Shown here piece by piece: positions 27,327-36,935 of a DNA stretch of 64,000 bases. A program made the position numbers and the translations under genes. Location of the stretch: positions 23,586 to 87,585 of the forward strand of contig JBDRBT010000006.1 of the NCBI GenBank assembly GCA_043822385.1. Direction: 5' to 3'. Every line of letters begins with the position of its first letter. The stretch's first letter is position 1. The notes under the pieces were generated by a model, which did no database searches, was not told the origin of the DNA, and saw only the letters and a program-made list of their open reading frames with translations. Origin of the DNA: Candidatus Micrarchaeota archaeon. GTDB taxonomy: Archaea; Micrarchaeota; Micrarchaeia; Norongarragalinales; Norongarragalinaceae.

Positions 27327-27860
27327 ATGGAAGAGAGAGATATACAAAAGGAATTGTTTAACTTGGCAGATAAGGGGGATGCTCCTTCAGTTAAGAAAGC
27401 TAAGCGGATTATTGAGCAGGCTAAGCTTCATCCTGATAAATTTAGACACGCGCTTACTAACAACACTTTGTTTTTGCATGCTTGTTCAAAAGGAAATCGC
27501 AATTTTGCTGAATTACTCCGGGAAAAAGGCGCTGACCCTAATGAAACTAACAACCAGGAGCGCGATGGCTTGATTTTGGCTATACTAAACCGGCATTTTG
27601 AGTACGCTAATCATTTGTTGAATGAAGTACCTAATTTAGATTTAACTAAACGCGATAAATTCAATAAGAGTGCTTTCAAGTATGTTGAAGAACACCTTTC
27701 TAAGTTAGAGAAAGATAAGGCGAGGATTAAGGCTAAAGTGAAGCCCAGCGTGTCTATGATTAGAAAAATTAGTTCTTTCGAGAAAGAAGGAATTAGCGAG
27801 TTAGACCGGATAGAACAAGAAGAAGCACTTTTGAAAAGCTTAAGCAAAAAGCTTGAATAG
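27327..27860 (+). CDS. ankyrin-repeat protein
   Basis: Two ankyrin-like repeats (NTLFLHACSKGNRNFAELLREKGADPNETN; ERDGLILAILNRHFEYANHLL) are followed by a charged coiled-coil tail. Confidence 0.6.
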   Translation: MEERDIQKELFNLADKGDAPSVKKAKRIIEQAKLHPDKFRHALTNNTLFLHACSKGNRNFAELLREKGADPNETNNQERDGLILAILNRHFEYANHLLNEVPNLDLTKRDKFNKSAFKYVEEHLSKLEKDKARIKAKVKPSVSMIRKISSFEKEGISELDRIEQEEALLKSLSKKLE

Positions 27861-27917
27861 CTCTAGTTTTTCTGTTTTTAGAAAGCGTTTTATAAGTGGT
27901 TTGAGTGTTTAGTTATT

Positions 27918-29123
27918 GTGTCTAAGTTTGTTTTGTTTTTACTGGTTTTGTCTTCACTTGCTTTAGCGGAATGCTTAGATTTAGTTCAGTTTTCTTATTC
28001 TGGTTCTAACTTGCTTCTTGATTTAAACGCTAAAGTAAGCCCTGGCGGCCCTGCAATAAGGGTTTTGTTTACTAGGCCTGCATTCAACTTTACTGGCAAT
28101 TTCAGTGATTATTTTTACTTGATTACTGAAGATTATTATTACGCTGGAAGCAAGCTATCTAGTTTTGGAGATATTTACGCTCAAAACACGTTTAGTGCTA
28201 ACGTAAGCGGTAATCCTTACTTTTCTAAGTACAAAAACTCTACTTTCTTTTATTCATGCGAGTCTGGTTATAAGAAAAGCATTACTGTAACTGCTTTAGG
28301 TAATACTTCGATTGATACTAATGATTCAGTTTCCTTGACTGGCAATTTTCTTAGGTTGAACACGAGCGAGAAATTTTTTGTTGTAGGGGAAGACGCTTCC
28401 GAGGAAATACTGGTTGTTGCGAGTACTATTAATCCTGAAATTAAAGCTGGCTCTATGTTCTTGAAGAAGGATGATGGTTACTACCTAGCTGGTTCGCCGT
28501 ATACAGATCGTTACCGGTATTATTACCCTTCCGCGTTCTTTTACGGTTGTTGTGAATTGACTTGCAGTGCAAAGAGCGATGTTTTTGTTAAACGCGCTTG
28601 CGACTCGACTGTTTTCAATGCTGTTGATTATTGTGTTGATGACGACTTTTTAATGGAGTATTCTTGTGCAGGTAGTGTTTCTTGCGTTGGAGAAAAAATA
28701 AGTTGTGATTTAGGTTGTGTTAATGGTGCTTGCGTGAAGCCGCAGCAAGTTACTTGCTCTGATTCTGACTTGCTTGATTACTCCGTGTTGGGTTCAACTA
28801 AGGGTACTGATGAACGCGGTGACGCGTTTGCTTTTTATGATGCTTGCGTTGACGGCAAGCTGCGTGAGTATTATTGTGACTTGCAGGGCTTGCCTGCTAG
28901 TGAAGTTGTGAACTGCAATTGCGTTAATGGAGTTTGTTCTGAAGTCGAGCCTACTATAGTTCCAGAAGAAGAAAGCGCGTCTTCTTCAGTGAATAACTGG
29001 TTGTTGCCTGCTGGCGTTGTTTTACTGGTTCTTTTTGCTGGTTATTACTTTTTTGCTTTATCAAATCCGCCTAAGCCCGTTAAACCTGTGGAAAAAGCCA
29101 AACCGCCCTTTAAGAAAAAGTGA
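27918..29123 (+). CDS. secreted Cys-rich surface protein with C-terminal membrane anchor (hypothetical)
   Basis: GTG start. Signal peptide MSKFVLFLLVLSSLALA. Many N-x-S/T sequons. Repeated Cys-rich modules (C..GSVSCVGEKISCDLGCVNGACV; CNCVNGVCS). C-terminal TM (LLPAGVVLLVLFAGYYFFAL) plus a Pro/Lys tail. Confidence 0.55.
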   Translation: MSKFVLFLLVLSSLALAECLDLVQFSYSGSNLLLDLNAKVSPGGPAIRVLFTRPAFNFTGNFSDYFYLITEDYYYAGSKLSSFGDIYAQNTFSANVSGNPYFSKYKNSTFFYSCESGYKKSITVTALGNTSIDTNDSVSLTGNFLRLNTSEKFFVVGEDASEEILVVASTINPEIKAGSMFLKKDDGYYLAGSPYTDRYRYYYPSAFFYGCCELTCSAKSDVFVKRACDSTVFNAVDYCVDDDFLMEYSCAGSVSCVGEKISCDLGCVNGACVKPQQVTCSDSDLLDYSVLGSTKGTDERGDAFAFYDACVDGKLREYYCDLQGLPASEVVNCNCVNGVCSEVEPTIVPEEESASSSVNNWLLPAGVVLLVLFAGYYFFALSNPPKPVKPVEKAKPPFKKK

Positions 29124-29164
29124 GAAATTCTTTTTATTCTAGTTAAGCTAATGAATAGCGAAAA

Positions 29165-31237
29165 ATGTTCTTTTTAGCTAACGAAATTTCGGTAAGCATC
29201 ATAGAAATTGGTGTTGTTGTTTTAGTAGCACTAATTTTAGGGCAATTGTTTTCCCGGTTTAAGTTGTCTTCTTCAGTTGGCTATATTTTAGCTGGAATTG
29301 TTTTAGGCCCGTTAGTATTCAATTTTTTGGTTCCCGGTGAGGGAATGGCGCCGATTTTCGGCGAAATCGGTATTTTAATGCTATTGTTTTACTTGGGTTT
29401 AGAATTGTCTATAACTAAATTCAAGGAAACAGGTCTTACTGCCGCAATTTTAGCTGCTGTTGAAATGCTCACTCCTTTTGCTTTGTGTTTTTTGGTAGCT
29501 AGGTTTTTTGGTTTTTCTTTAATTGATTCTTTGATTGTTGGCGCAATGCTTACTGCAACTAGCACGGTAATGGTTGTTCGTTTTATTATGGACCGCGGAA
29601 TTTTGAAGGAAATAGAATCTAGAATTGGTCTTTCGATTCTAGTGCTTGAAGACTTTTTCGCTATACTGGTTTTAGTTTTTATTTCTAGTTTGTCTCCTTC
29701 GGCAGTTCCATTGCAACAAACGATTTTTGATGGTTTATTGTTTGTTATAGCCATGTTTTTCGTTGTTAGCAAAGCTAGTGGTTTCTTGATTCGGTTGTTA
29801 GAGCAGCGCGGTCACGCGGATAAAATGTCTTTATATGCGATAGGTGTTGGAATACTAGTTGCGTATTTTGGGGATTCTCTTGGTTTGACTACTGCTTTGG
29901 GTGCTTACTTTGCTGGTTTTGCTTTAGCTGAAACTCCTTACGGTGAGAAAATAAAGCGAGAAATTGGGTTCATGCGCGAGTTCTTTATTTTATTCTTCTT
30001 CGTTAGTTTTGGTTCAACTGTTGTTATTCCCGGCGCCAGTGTTTTAATTTTGCTTGTGTTGTTGGTTGTTGCTTACCTTATTTCGAAAGTATTGTCTTAC
30101 GGTATTTTTGGGCCATTGCTTGGTTTGTCGCCTAACTTGTCAATGAAACTAGGAATGCTCATGATTCCGATTGGCGAGTTCTCAATAATAATTGCTACTG
30201 CTGCAAGGGAAATAGTGCAGGATTACCCTGCTTTGTCTTCCTTAGCTTTCTTGCTTACTTTAGTTTCCACGTTTATTTCCCCAAAGTTTTTTGATAATTC
30301 AGATAAAATTGCTGGCTTGTTTTATTCGCTTTACCCTGCGCCAGCTAGAGCTTTTGTTAATTCATTGTCCAAATCAGTTAAAACTACTCTCAACGACTGG
30401 GCTAAAGCTGGGGAATCTTCCGCGCGTTTTTACTCGTCTCTTGAGCGCATTCTAGTTAACTTGATAACTGTGTTCGCGGTTTTGTACGTGTCTACTTTGT
30501 TTACTCAACAAATTGATGTTTCTTTCTTGCCTTTGTTGCCTAGACAAATTTCTGTTGGGTTGCTTGTTTTACCCATTATTATTTGGCCGTTATTCAAGAG
30601 CATTGATGAAATGCGTTTGCTTGTCAAAGGTTTTTCTGCTAGTGCTTTGAAACTTGTTTTTCCAAGCATTGAGTCTCACTCGCGCATTCTAGCTATGCAG
30701 GCGGCTAGTGTTTTCACTGGATTGGTTTTGTCTGTAATTGGTGTTGTGAGTACCTTGATTTTGTATTACTTGCATTTTGATTTGTTAATAGTAATGTTTC
30801 CATTGATTTACGCAATTATTTCAATCATGTATTTGAGTAAGGCGGTTTACGCTTTGTTGGAGCATTTTGAGTTGGGTGAGAGTTTACTTTCTTTATCTGA
30901 AGGTGATGAATCGCTTTCTTCCTTGTCTGGGGAATTCCAGGAGCACTCGAAGAAATTAAGGGAATTGTATCAAGAAAGACTGGAAACTCAAGAAAAAATT
31001 CAGTCCGCTCTCCAGTTGGGTGATATTCGTTCTGCGCGTTATTCTCTTACTCACTTTAAGAAACGCGAGCGGCGGCTCCTTGATGCAATAATTGCTTTAG
31101 ATTCCAGAATTCAGTCTCGTGCTTTAAAGAGTTTAGCGAAATTAAAAGCTAGGGATTTTGCTTCCTTCTCTAGATTCAAGATTGAGCGCAACCAAACTAA
31201 GAAAGCTTTGGAAGAATACTTGACGCAAAACTTGTGA
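29165..31237 (+). CDS. monovalent cation:proton antiporter (CPA2/Kef-NapA type) with a C-terminal cytoplasmic extension
   Basis: N-terminal IEIGVVVLVALILGQLFSRFKLSSSVGYILAGIVLGP is a classic CPA2 start. About 12 TM segments. The C-terminal ~150 aa are charged or coiled rather than a recognisable TrkA-N domain. Confidence 0.8.
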   Translation: MFFLANEISVSIIEIGVVVLVALILGQLFSRFKLSSSVGYILAGIVLGPLVFNFLVPGEGMAPIFGEIGILMLLFYLGLELSITKFKETGLTAAILAAVEMLTPFALCFLVARFFGFSLIDSLIVGAMLTATSTVMVVRFIMDRGILKEIESRIGLSILVLEDFFAILVLVFISSLSPSAVPLQQTIFDGLLFVIAMFFVVSKASGFLIRLLEQRGHADKMSLYAIGVGILVAYFGDSLGLTTALGAYFAGFALAETPYGEKIKREIGFMREFFILFFFVSFGSTVVIPGASVLILLVLLVVAYLISKVLSYGIFGPLLGLSPNLSMKLGMLMIPIGEFSIIIATAAREIVQDYPALSSLAFLLTLVSTFISPKFFDNSDKIAGLFYSLYPAPARAFVNSLSKSVKTTLNDWAKAGESSARFYSSLERILVNLITVFAVLYVSTLFTQQIDVSFLPLLPRQISVGLLVLPIIIWPLFKSIDEMRLLVKGFSASALKLVFPSIESHSRILAMQAASVFTGLVLSVIGVVSTLILYYLHFDLLIVMFPLIYAIISIMYLSKAVYALLEHFELGESLLSLSEGDESLSSLSGEFQEHSKKLRELYQERLETQEKIQSALQLGDIRSARYSLTHFKKRERRLLDAIIALDSRIQSRALKSLAKLKARDFASFSRFKIERNQTKKALEEYLTQNL

Positions 31238-31771
31238 TTAAGTTAAGTTTAATGCGGTATACGCGAGCATTAAGGTAACGAATTTAGCAGCGAATATTGT
31301 TACCCAAATTTTAATTGGTTTGATTTTAGTTATTTCCATGAATGCTAGTGCTAGTTCATCTGGAAAAGGCGAGCCAAACAAAAAAAAGCCGAGTGCTGAA
31401 AGAAAAATATTGTGGTTTCCTATTTTTTTCCTGATTTTTTTTAGTTGCTTGCCAGCGTTTTTTTCTAATTCTTTTTTTACTAAGTTGAATAAAACCACGT
31501 CGAATGAAGCTGCAGTTAACGCGGCTATTAACGCTATTAGAACTGCGTTGTTTGAATTCATCATTTCGAGCAGAAAAATTATTGCAAAAGGAGTAGTTAC
31601 GCCAAAAGTATAGAATGCACCAGTAATTGCTGCGCCTATTAACCCGAGAGAGTGAAGAAAAGCCGCGGTTCCAGAATCTATTCCATTAAAGTGAATTAAT
31701 ACTGAAAGTAAAAGAACTAAACAAACGAGGGTTAAACGCAGTTTTAAAGGTATTTTGCCGGTTAATAGCAT
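31238..31771 (-). CDS. hypothetical membrane protein
   Basis: 177-aa ORF with 5-6 hydrophobic helices and no family motif. Confidence 0.45.
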   Translation of the reverse strand: MLLTGKIPLKLRLTLVCLVLLLSVLIHFNGIDSGTAAFLHSLGLIGAAITGAFYTFGVTTPFAIIFLLEMMNSNNAVLIALIAALTAASFDVVLFNLVKKELEKNAGKQLKKIRKKIGNHNIFLSALGFFLFGSPFPDELALAFMEITKIKPIKIWVTIFAAKFVTLMLAYTALNLT

Positions 31772-31844
31772 GTACGTTCAATCACGTTGCCTTTGCTTTT
31801 AATTGTATTTCAACAAGCGGATGCTATCAAGGTAAAATCCGAGC

Positions 31845-32981
31845 CTACCTGTAGCTAGTGAACCTTACTGGCCTGCGTGGCCTGTAGCTTTTTCGCTGGG
31901 CAAATCTTCGGTCCATAGATGAGGATTGTGGCTTGTAAAACCCTGGAGAATCTGTTTCTACGAAAGTAGTAGCTTTTCCTTTCTTTCCCATTCTGCCAGT
32001 TCTACCTATTCTATGCAAGTGTGTATCCTTATCTCTGGCTTCATCGTAATTAATTACTCTCGTAATATTGTCAACATGCAAGCCTCTTGCAGCAACATCT
32101 GTTGCAACCAGCACTTTAAATCTTCCTTCACTAAAATCGCGTACTATTTTTTCTCTTTTCGATTGCCTCATTCCGCCGTGCAAGTAATTAGAACTAATAT
32201 TATTTTGGTATAGTTTTTTTCCTACGTACTCTGTTGATCTTTGCGTGGCAACGAAAATAAGTATTCTCGCGCCGGGTTCTTGCTTTAGTATTTCCTTGAG
32301 TTTCGCAAATTTTTCTTTTCTAGTTGTTTTAATTGTTTCTTCTTCTATTCCAACCGCTTTCATTAAATCGCCTACCTCAATCATGATGGGGCTCTTCAAG
32401 TAATTTCTAGCAAGATTAATTATGTCTCGAGTTAAAGTAGCTGAAAACAACATTGTTTGCCGGGTTGGATTAACGTTCTTCATTATTTTTTCCATGTCGT
32501 CCCTGAAGCCCATGTCGAGCATTCTGTCTGCTTCATCTAAAACCACTATGTTGAACATAGACAAGTTTATTGTTCTGCGTTCAAAATGGTCTAAGAGACG
32601 TCCTGGTGTAGCAACAATTATTTCAAATCCTTTCCTTAGCAAGGAAAGTTGTCGTGCTATTTCTTCCCCACCGTAAATCGCGTAAACACGTATTTGGTGG
32701 TTTATTCCTATTGCGCGCAATTCTTTGGTTATTTGAAGAGCTAACTCACGCGTAGGCGCTATAACCAAGCCCTTCTTGTTTTTGGATGCAGTTATTTGTT
32801 CTACTAATCCAATTCCAAAAGCAGCAGTTTTTCCAGTACCAGTCTGACTTCGAACCATTACGTCTTCTCCTTTTAATATCAAGGAAAGCGTTTTTTCTTG
32901 TACTTCTGTTGGTTGAATAAAATTCATTGAATCCAACGCGCTAATCGTTTTACTGTTTAATTTTAAGTCACTAAACTTCAT
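31845..32981 (-). CDS. DEAD-box ATP-dependent RNA helicase
   Basis: Q motif and Walker A SQTGTGKTAAF, PTRELA, the DEAD box (VLDEADRMLDMGF), SAT, and HRIGRTGRMG (motif VI). Confidence 0.9.
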   Translation of the reverse strand: MKFSDLKLNSKTISALDSMNFIQPTEVQEKTLSLILKGEDVMVRSQTGTGKTAAFGIGLVEQITASKNKKGLVIAPTRELALQITKELRAIGINHQIRVYAIYGGEEIARQLSLLRKGFEIIVATPGRLLDHFERRTINLSMFNIVVLDEADRMLDMGFRDDMEKIMKNVNPTRQTMLFSATLTRDIINLARNYLKSPIMIEVGDLMKAVGIEEETIKTTRKEKFAKLKEILKQEPGARILIFVATQRSTEYVGKKLYQNNISSNYLHGGMRQSKREKIVRDFSEGRFKVLVATDVAARGLHVDNITRVINYDEARDKDTHLHRIGRTGRMGKKGKATTFVETDSPGFYKPQSSSMDRRFAQRKSYRPRRPVRFTSYR

Positions 32982-33137
32982 TTTTTTTCTTTTCTCCTTT
33001 AACCTTGTGTTTCGTCTATTAAAGCAAAAGCGTTTTTGTGTGTGAAATAATACTTTTTTAACTGTGTAATAGAAGAAAAACTGGTTTTCTTTATTTTTTT
33101 AATATAATAATATGATTGAATCTCCTTTAAAAAGAGC

Positions 33138-33171
33138 GGTTTAAACCCGTTAAACAAAGATGGTTTAAACC
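33138..33171. promoter_or_regulatory. two copies of the 10-bp palindrome GGTTTAAACC (plus a TTAAAC half-site between them) in a divergent intergenic region; candidate operator
   Basis: GGTTTAAACC occurs at 33138..33147 and 33162..33171, 24 bp centre to centre. The site lies between the divergent DEAD-box helicase and acylphosphatase genes. Confidence 0.3.
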
Positions 33172-33284
33172 AGTTTTTTCATTTTTTTTACAGGATGATG
33201 ACGATTTTGAACAACCACTGACTTTGTGATGAGGCTGATAGCGTCTGACGCAAACTTTTACAGAAAAGTTTGAGAGTAATTAAA

Positions 33285-33563
33285 ATGGCGTTGAGACTGG
33301 TTTTAAGGGGGAGAGTGCATGGGGTTAATTGTAGGTCTTTCGTGAAGAGCATTGCGTTTAGAATGGATTTAAAGGGCTGGGTTAAGAATTTGAGTGACGG
33401 AAGCGTTGAAGTAGTTGTTGATGGCTCGCTTGAAGAATTAAATGAATTCAAGAAAAAAATTTTCATTAAGAATCCTGATTCTGATTTTGGTTTGAATGTA
33501 GAAGAAATAATTGAAGAAGACGTTGACGAGAAAGATTTAACGCCTTTTGAGATACGTTTTTAA
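33285..33563 (+). CDS. acyP: acylphosphatase
   Basis: LRGRVHGVNCRSFVKSIAFRMDLKGWVKNLSDGSVEVVVDG matches the acylphosphatase signature (V.G.VQGV.FR......A...GL.GWV.N..DGSVE). About 92 aa from the ATG at 33285. Confidence 0.8.
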   Translation: MALRLVLRGRVHGVNCRSFVKSIAFRMDLKGWVKNLSDGSVEVVVDGSLEELNEFKKKIFIKNPDSDFGLNVEEIIEEDVDEKDLTPFEIRF

Positions 33564-33592
33564 TTTGTTCATTGTTATTTTTGTGATTAGAA

Positions 33593-34291
33593 ATGCGTGA
33601 AGAACTAAAAAAGAGTATTGATGTTTGGTACGAAGACCTTCATTTCAATAAACATAAACAGGCTTTGTTTGAGCATCTTTCTAATTATGATTGGATGAGT
33701 ATTAGGGATAATGTTGAAAAAATCGGTTCGAAAGCTAAACGGGGTAAAACTAAGTATTCTATGGTGGAAGTTGGTTCTGCAGTTGTGAACCGCGAGAAAA
33801 CTCTTTTTCAACTTGCTATAGTGAATGAGTTTATTTCGCACGCCAGAGGATCGCCACCTGTTTTGGTAGCTGGAGAAAGCGAGCTAGCTAATAGAAACAA
33901 TGCGATTGAAGAATTGCAAAAAACTTGGTTGAAGGATACTGCTTTTCGTGAAGAAGTTTTAAAGTTTAAGGAAAACTTGGAGAAAGCTAGTCACGCGTAC
34001 AATAAGCAAGTTGTTGTAACTGCTCTTAGTAACGCGGTAATGCAGTTGCCTCATGGAGATGATTGGCATAAACTTTTTGGTCATGAAGAATGGAGAAAAC
34101 TAACGCGTGATGATGCGTTTAAGGAATTAAATGCTCTTGACAGTTATTTTTACTCTGAAGGTAACCGTTGGTTTCTTAAAGCCGGGAAAAACTGGTCTAA
34201 ACTTAATAAGCATCCTGTAGGGAACTTATTTACTCTTTCCCCTAAGGAATTAGTTGAAGAGTCTAGGCGAGCTAGATATCCGCGAGAGTAA
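33593..34291 (+). CDS. hypothetical protein
   Basis: 232-aa ORF with no recognisable motif. Confidence 0.5.
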   Translation: MREELKKSIDVWYEDLHFNKHKQALFEHLSNYDWMSIRDNVEKIGSKAKRGKTKYSMVEVGSAVVNREKTLFQLAIVNEFISHARGSPPVLVAGESELANRNNAIEELQKTWLKDTAFREEVLKFKENLEKASHAYNKQVVVTALSNAVMQLPHGDDWHKLFGHEEWRKLTRDDAFKELNALDSYFYSEGNRWFLKAGKNWSKLNKHPVGNLFTLSPKELVEESRRARYPRE

Positions 34292-34419
34292 TTAACAGGC
34301 ATGTTTTTAATGCAATAAATTCATTTATTTTTTATTGAGTTGAAGTGGAAAATGGTACGTGGTTTACTTCATAATCAAGCAATTCGCTTTAACTAGTGTA
34401 AACTCTTTTTTTCGTTTGT

Positions 34420-34491
34420 GGCTGGGATGGTCTAATGGTAGGACAAAAGCTTGTGGAGCTTTTAACGCGAGTTCGATTCTCGCTCCCGGCC
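34420..34491 (+). tRNA. tRNA-His (anticodon GTG) with an encoded G-1
   Basis: Acceptor GCTGGGA/TCCCGGC (one G.U pair), an extra 5' G pairing with discriminator C73 (the His identity element), D-arm GTCT-AATGGTA-GGAC, anticodon arm AAAGC-TTGTGGA-GCTTT, T-arm GCGAG-TTCGATT-CTCGC. Confidence 0.85.
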
Positions 34492-34564
34492 CTAAAGTGT
34501 TTTTAAGTGGGAAACCACAAATTCTTAAAAGTTTAAAATGTGAGGTGAGAAAAATTGAATAAAG

Positions 34565-34795
34565 GTGAATGTCTTCACAAAGAGTTTAGTCAAGAATCCT
34601 CGCATTATAGCGTGCAGGCTTGACTCTAAAGCGCGTCTAGTTTTACCTTTAGTTATACGTGAAAAGCTTAGTGTTAACAAGGGGGATATAGTTTCTTTTG
34701 AAGTTGAGTTTAGCGGCGCGTCAGTTTTTTTACGGTTGTGCAAGAACATGCAGAAGGGACTTAATAGGTCTTCTAGAAATGGGTGGGAAAAATGA
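34565..34795 (+). CDS. AbrB/SpoVT (MazE-like swapped-hairpin) family DNA-binding protein
   Basis: ARLVLPLVIREKLSVNKGDIVSFEVE matches the AbrB-type beta-barrel motif. GTG start. Its stop overlaps the HAL-family gene start (ATGA). Confidence 0.55.
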   Translation: MNVFTKSLVKNPRIIACRLDSKARLVLPLVIREKLSVNKGDIVSFEVEFSGASVFLRLCKNMQKGLNRSSRNGWEK

Positions 34796-36312
34796 TTGAG
34801 ATTAATGGAAATAATTTAACTATAGAAAAAATTGTTGCTGTAGCTAGAAATAAAGAGAACGTGTTTTTTTCTGAAGAAACGTTTTCAAGAGTTGAAGCAA
34901 ACTGGTTTGTTCTCCAGGAAATGATTTCGCGGGGGGACGTGCTTTACGGAGTTAATACCGGAATAGGCGCGTTTGGTAATGTTATTTTGTCTAAAAATGA
35001 GGGTGCAGAGCTCTCGAAAAGAATGATTAGAGCTCACGCTGCTGGTTGGGGTAATCCCTTACCTGAAGATGAAGCTAGGGCGTGCTTGTTGTTGCGTGCA
35101 AACGTGTTAGCTAAAGGGTATTCTGGAGTTAGGCCGGTTATTCTAGAATTGTTTGCTAGTTTACTCAACAAAAACGTTGTTCCAGTTATTTACGAGAAAG
35201 GTAGTGTTGGAACTAGCGGTGATTTAGCTCCCCTAGCTCAAATGGCATTAGTGTTGATTGGTGAAGGTGAAGCGTTTTTTGAAGGAGAAAGAATGCCTTC
35301 AAACGAAGCATTGGCGAGAACTGGTTTAAACCCGATTGTTTTGCAAGCTAGGGAAGGCTTGGCGTTGTTTAATGGTGCGCAAACAATGACTGCGATTGGT
35401 GCTTTAGCAGTTTATGATGCAGAACGATTGTTGAAAAACGCGCAAGTAGCTGCCGCGTTAACTATAGATTCTTTGAACGCGGTTACTGTTGCTTTCGACG
35501 AGCGGTTGCACGCGTTAAGGCCGTTTCCAGGTCAAATTAGTGTTGCTAGTAATATTCGCGGTTTAATTGAAAATAGTGAAGTTTTGAAGAAACAGAAAAG
35601 GGACACTCAAAGCGCTTACAGTCTTCGTTGCGTTCCACAGGTTTTGGGAGCGTCTAAGGACGCTATTGCTTACGCTAGAACTCAAGTGGAGATTGAAGCT
35701 AATTCTGTTGCCGACAACCCTATTTTCTTGACTGAAGAAAAAATTTGCTTGGCTGGCGGTAATTTTCACGGACAGCCGGTTGCTTATGCAATGGATTTGT
35801 TGGGTATAGCTGTTTCAGAAATAGGTGACATGGCGGAAAGGCGAGTGAATCGGTTGTTGAATCCTGCATTAAATGCGGGGTTGCCTGCTTTCTTGATTGC
35901 TGAAGGCGGCGGCTTGAATTCTGGTTTAATGATTGTTCAATACACTGCGGCAGCGTTGGTTAGTGAAAACAAGATTCTTGCTTCTCCAGCTAGTGTGGAT
36001 TCTATTCCTTGCAGTGCTGATCAGGAAGACCACGTTAGCATGGGTACTATTGCAGCTAGGAAAGCAAGGGAAATATTGCGTAATACTGAAGCGGTTGTTG
36101 GAATAGAGTTTCTTTGCGCTAGTCAGGCGTACGAATTTCAAAAACCAGCTAAATTAGGCGCGGGAACGAGCGTTGCTTTTGAGGAAGTAAGGAAAGTTTC
36201 TTTGAAGGTTGAGGAAGACCGTGTTTTTTACAAGGACGTTGAAGTACTGGCTAAACTAGTTCGTTCTGGCAAGATAGTTGAGAAAGTTGAAGAAAAAATT
36301 GTTTTGAAGTGA
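34792..36312 (+). CDS. aromatic amino acid ammonia-lyase family protein (HAL/PAL/aminomutase), MIO triad variant TSG
   Basis: YGVNTGIG, the MIO-forming segment GSVGTSGDLAPLAQM (Thr-Ser-Gly instead of the usual Ala-Ser-Gly), YSLRCVPQVLG and NPIF. The 507-aa length is typical of HAL. Confidence 0.85.
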   Translation: MIEINGNNLTIEKIVAVARNKENVFFSEETFSRVEANWFVLQEMISRGDVLYGVNTGIGAFGNVILSKNEGAELSKRMIRAHAAGWGNPLPEDEARACLLLRANVLAKGYSGVRPVILELFASLLNKNVVPVIYEKGSVGTSGDLAPLAQMALVLIGEGEAFFEGERMPSNEALARTGLNPIVLQAREGLALFNGAQTMTAIGALAVYDAERLLKNAQVAAALTIDSLNAVTVAFDERLHALRPFPGQISVASNIRGLIENSEVLKKQKRDTQSAYSLRCVPQVLGASKDAIAYARTQVEIEANSVADNPIFLTEEKICLAGGNFHGQPVAYAMDLLGIAVSEIGDMAERRVNRLLNPALNAGLPAFLIAEGGGLNSGLMIVQYTAAALVSENKILASPASVDSIPCSADQEDHVSMGTIAARKAREILRNTEAVVGIEFLCASQAYEFQKPAKLGAGTSVAFEEVRKVSLKVEEDRVFYKDVEVLAKLVRSGKIVEKVEEKIVLK

Positions 36313-36317
36313 GTTAA

Positions 36318-36914
36318 ATGAAGAATGCGGTTTTGTTGGTTATTGACGTGCAGAATGATTTTTGTTCTTCGCGCGGTATTCTAGCTAGGAATGGGTTTGA
36401 ATTAAAAAAAATACGCGAGAGTGTTTTTCGACTTGCGAAGCTAGTTAATGTTGCAAGACAAGCTAGAATTCCAATTGTATTCACTAAGTTAGTGTATGAC
36501 GAAAAAGTAATTCCCGAAAATAATTATAGAAGACTCAAGATTAAGGGCGTTGAGGGCTTGTGTGCACCAAACTCGTGGGGAGCTGAATTTTTTCTCATAA
36601 AACCAAGACGGAGTGAAAAAGTGTTTGTTAAAAATTATTATAGTGCGTTTTTCAATACTGGGTTGGACGCGTGGCTTTCCAAGAAAAAAATTAAAATTGT
36701 GATTATTACTGGAGTAACTACGCATGTTTGTCCTTTGCTTACTAGTGCTGACGCGTATTATCGGGGTTTTGAATTAGTTGCTGTTAGTGATTGTCTTGGT
36801 TCGTACGAAGCACAAGACTGGTCTTTAAAATATATGCAAAAACAATTTGCAGCTGCAGTAGTGAGTTCTTCTGTTCTTGCTAGTATTTTTCGAGAAAAAG
36901 GTGAATTGAAATGA
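36318..36914 (+). CDS. isochorismatase-family (cysteine) hydrolase
   Basis: N-terminal AVLLVIDVQNDF plus a conserved catalytic Cys region (ITGVTTHVCPLLTSADA) typical of the isochorismatase-like fold. Confidence 0.75.
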   Translation: MKNAVLLVIDVQNDFCSSRGILARNGFELKKIRESVFRLAKLVNVARQARIPIVFTKLVYDEKVIPENNYRRLKIKGVEGLCAPNSWGAEFFLIKPRRSEKVFVKNYYSAFFNTGLDAWLSKKKIKIVIITGVTTHVCPLLTSADAYYRGFELVAVSDCLGSYEAQDWSLKYMQKQFAAAVVSSSVLASIFREKGELK

Positions 36915-36935
36915 ATGCTATAGGAGTGGGTGAAC

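Noticed and set aside
34359-34562. 67-aa ORF (+) overlapping tRNA-His
   Set aside because: It covers the tRNA-His gene, whose fold and G-1:C73 identity element are convincing, so the ORF is spurious.
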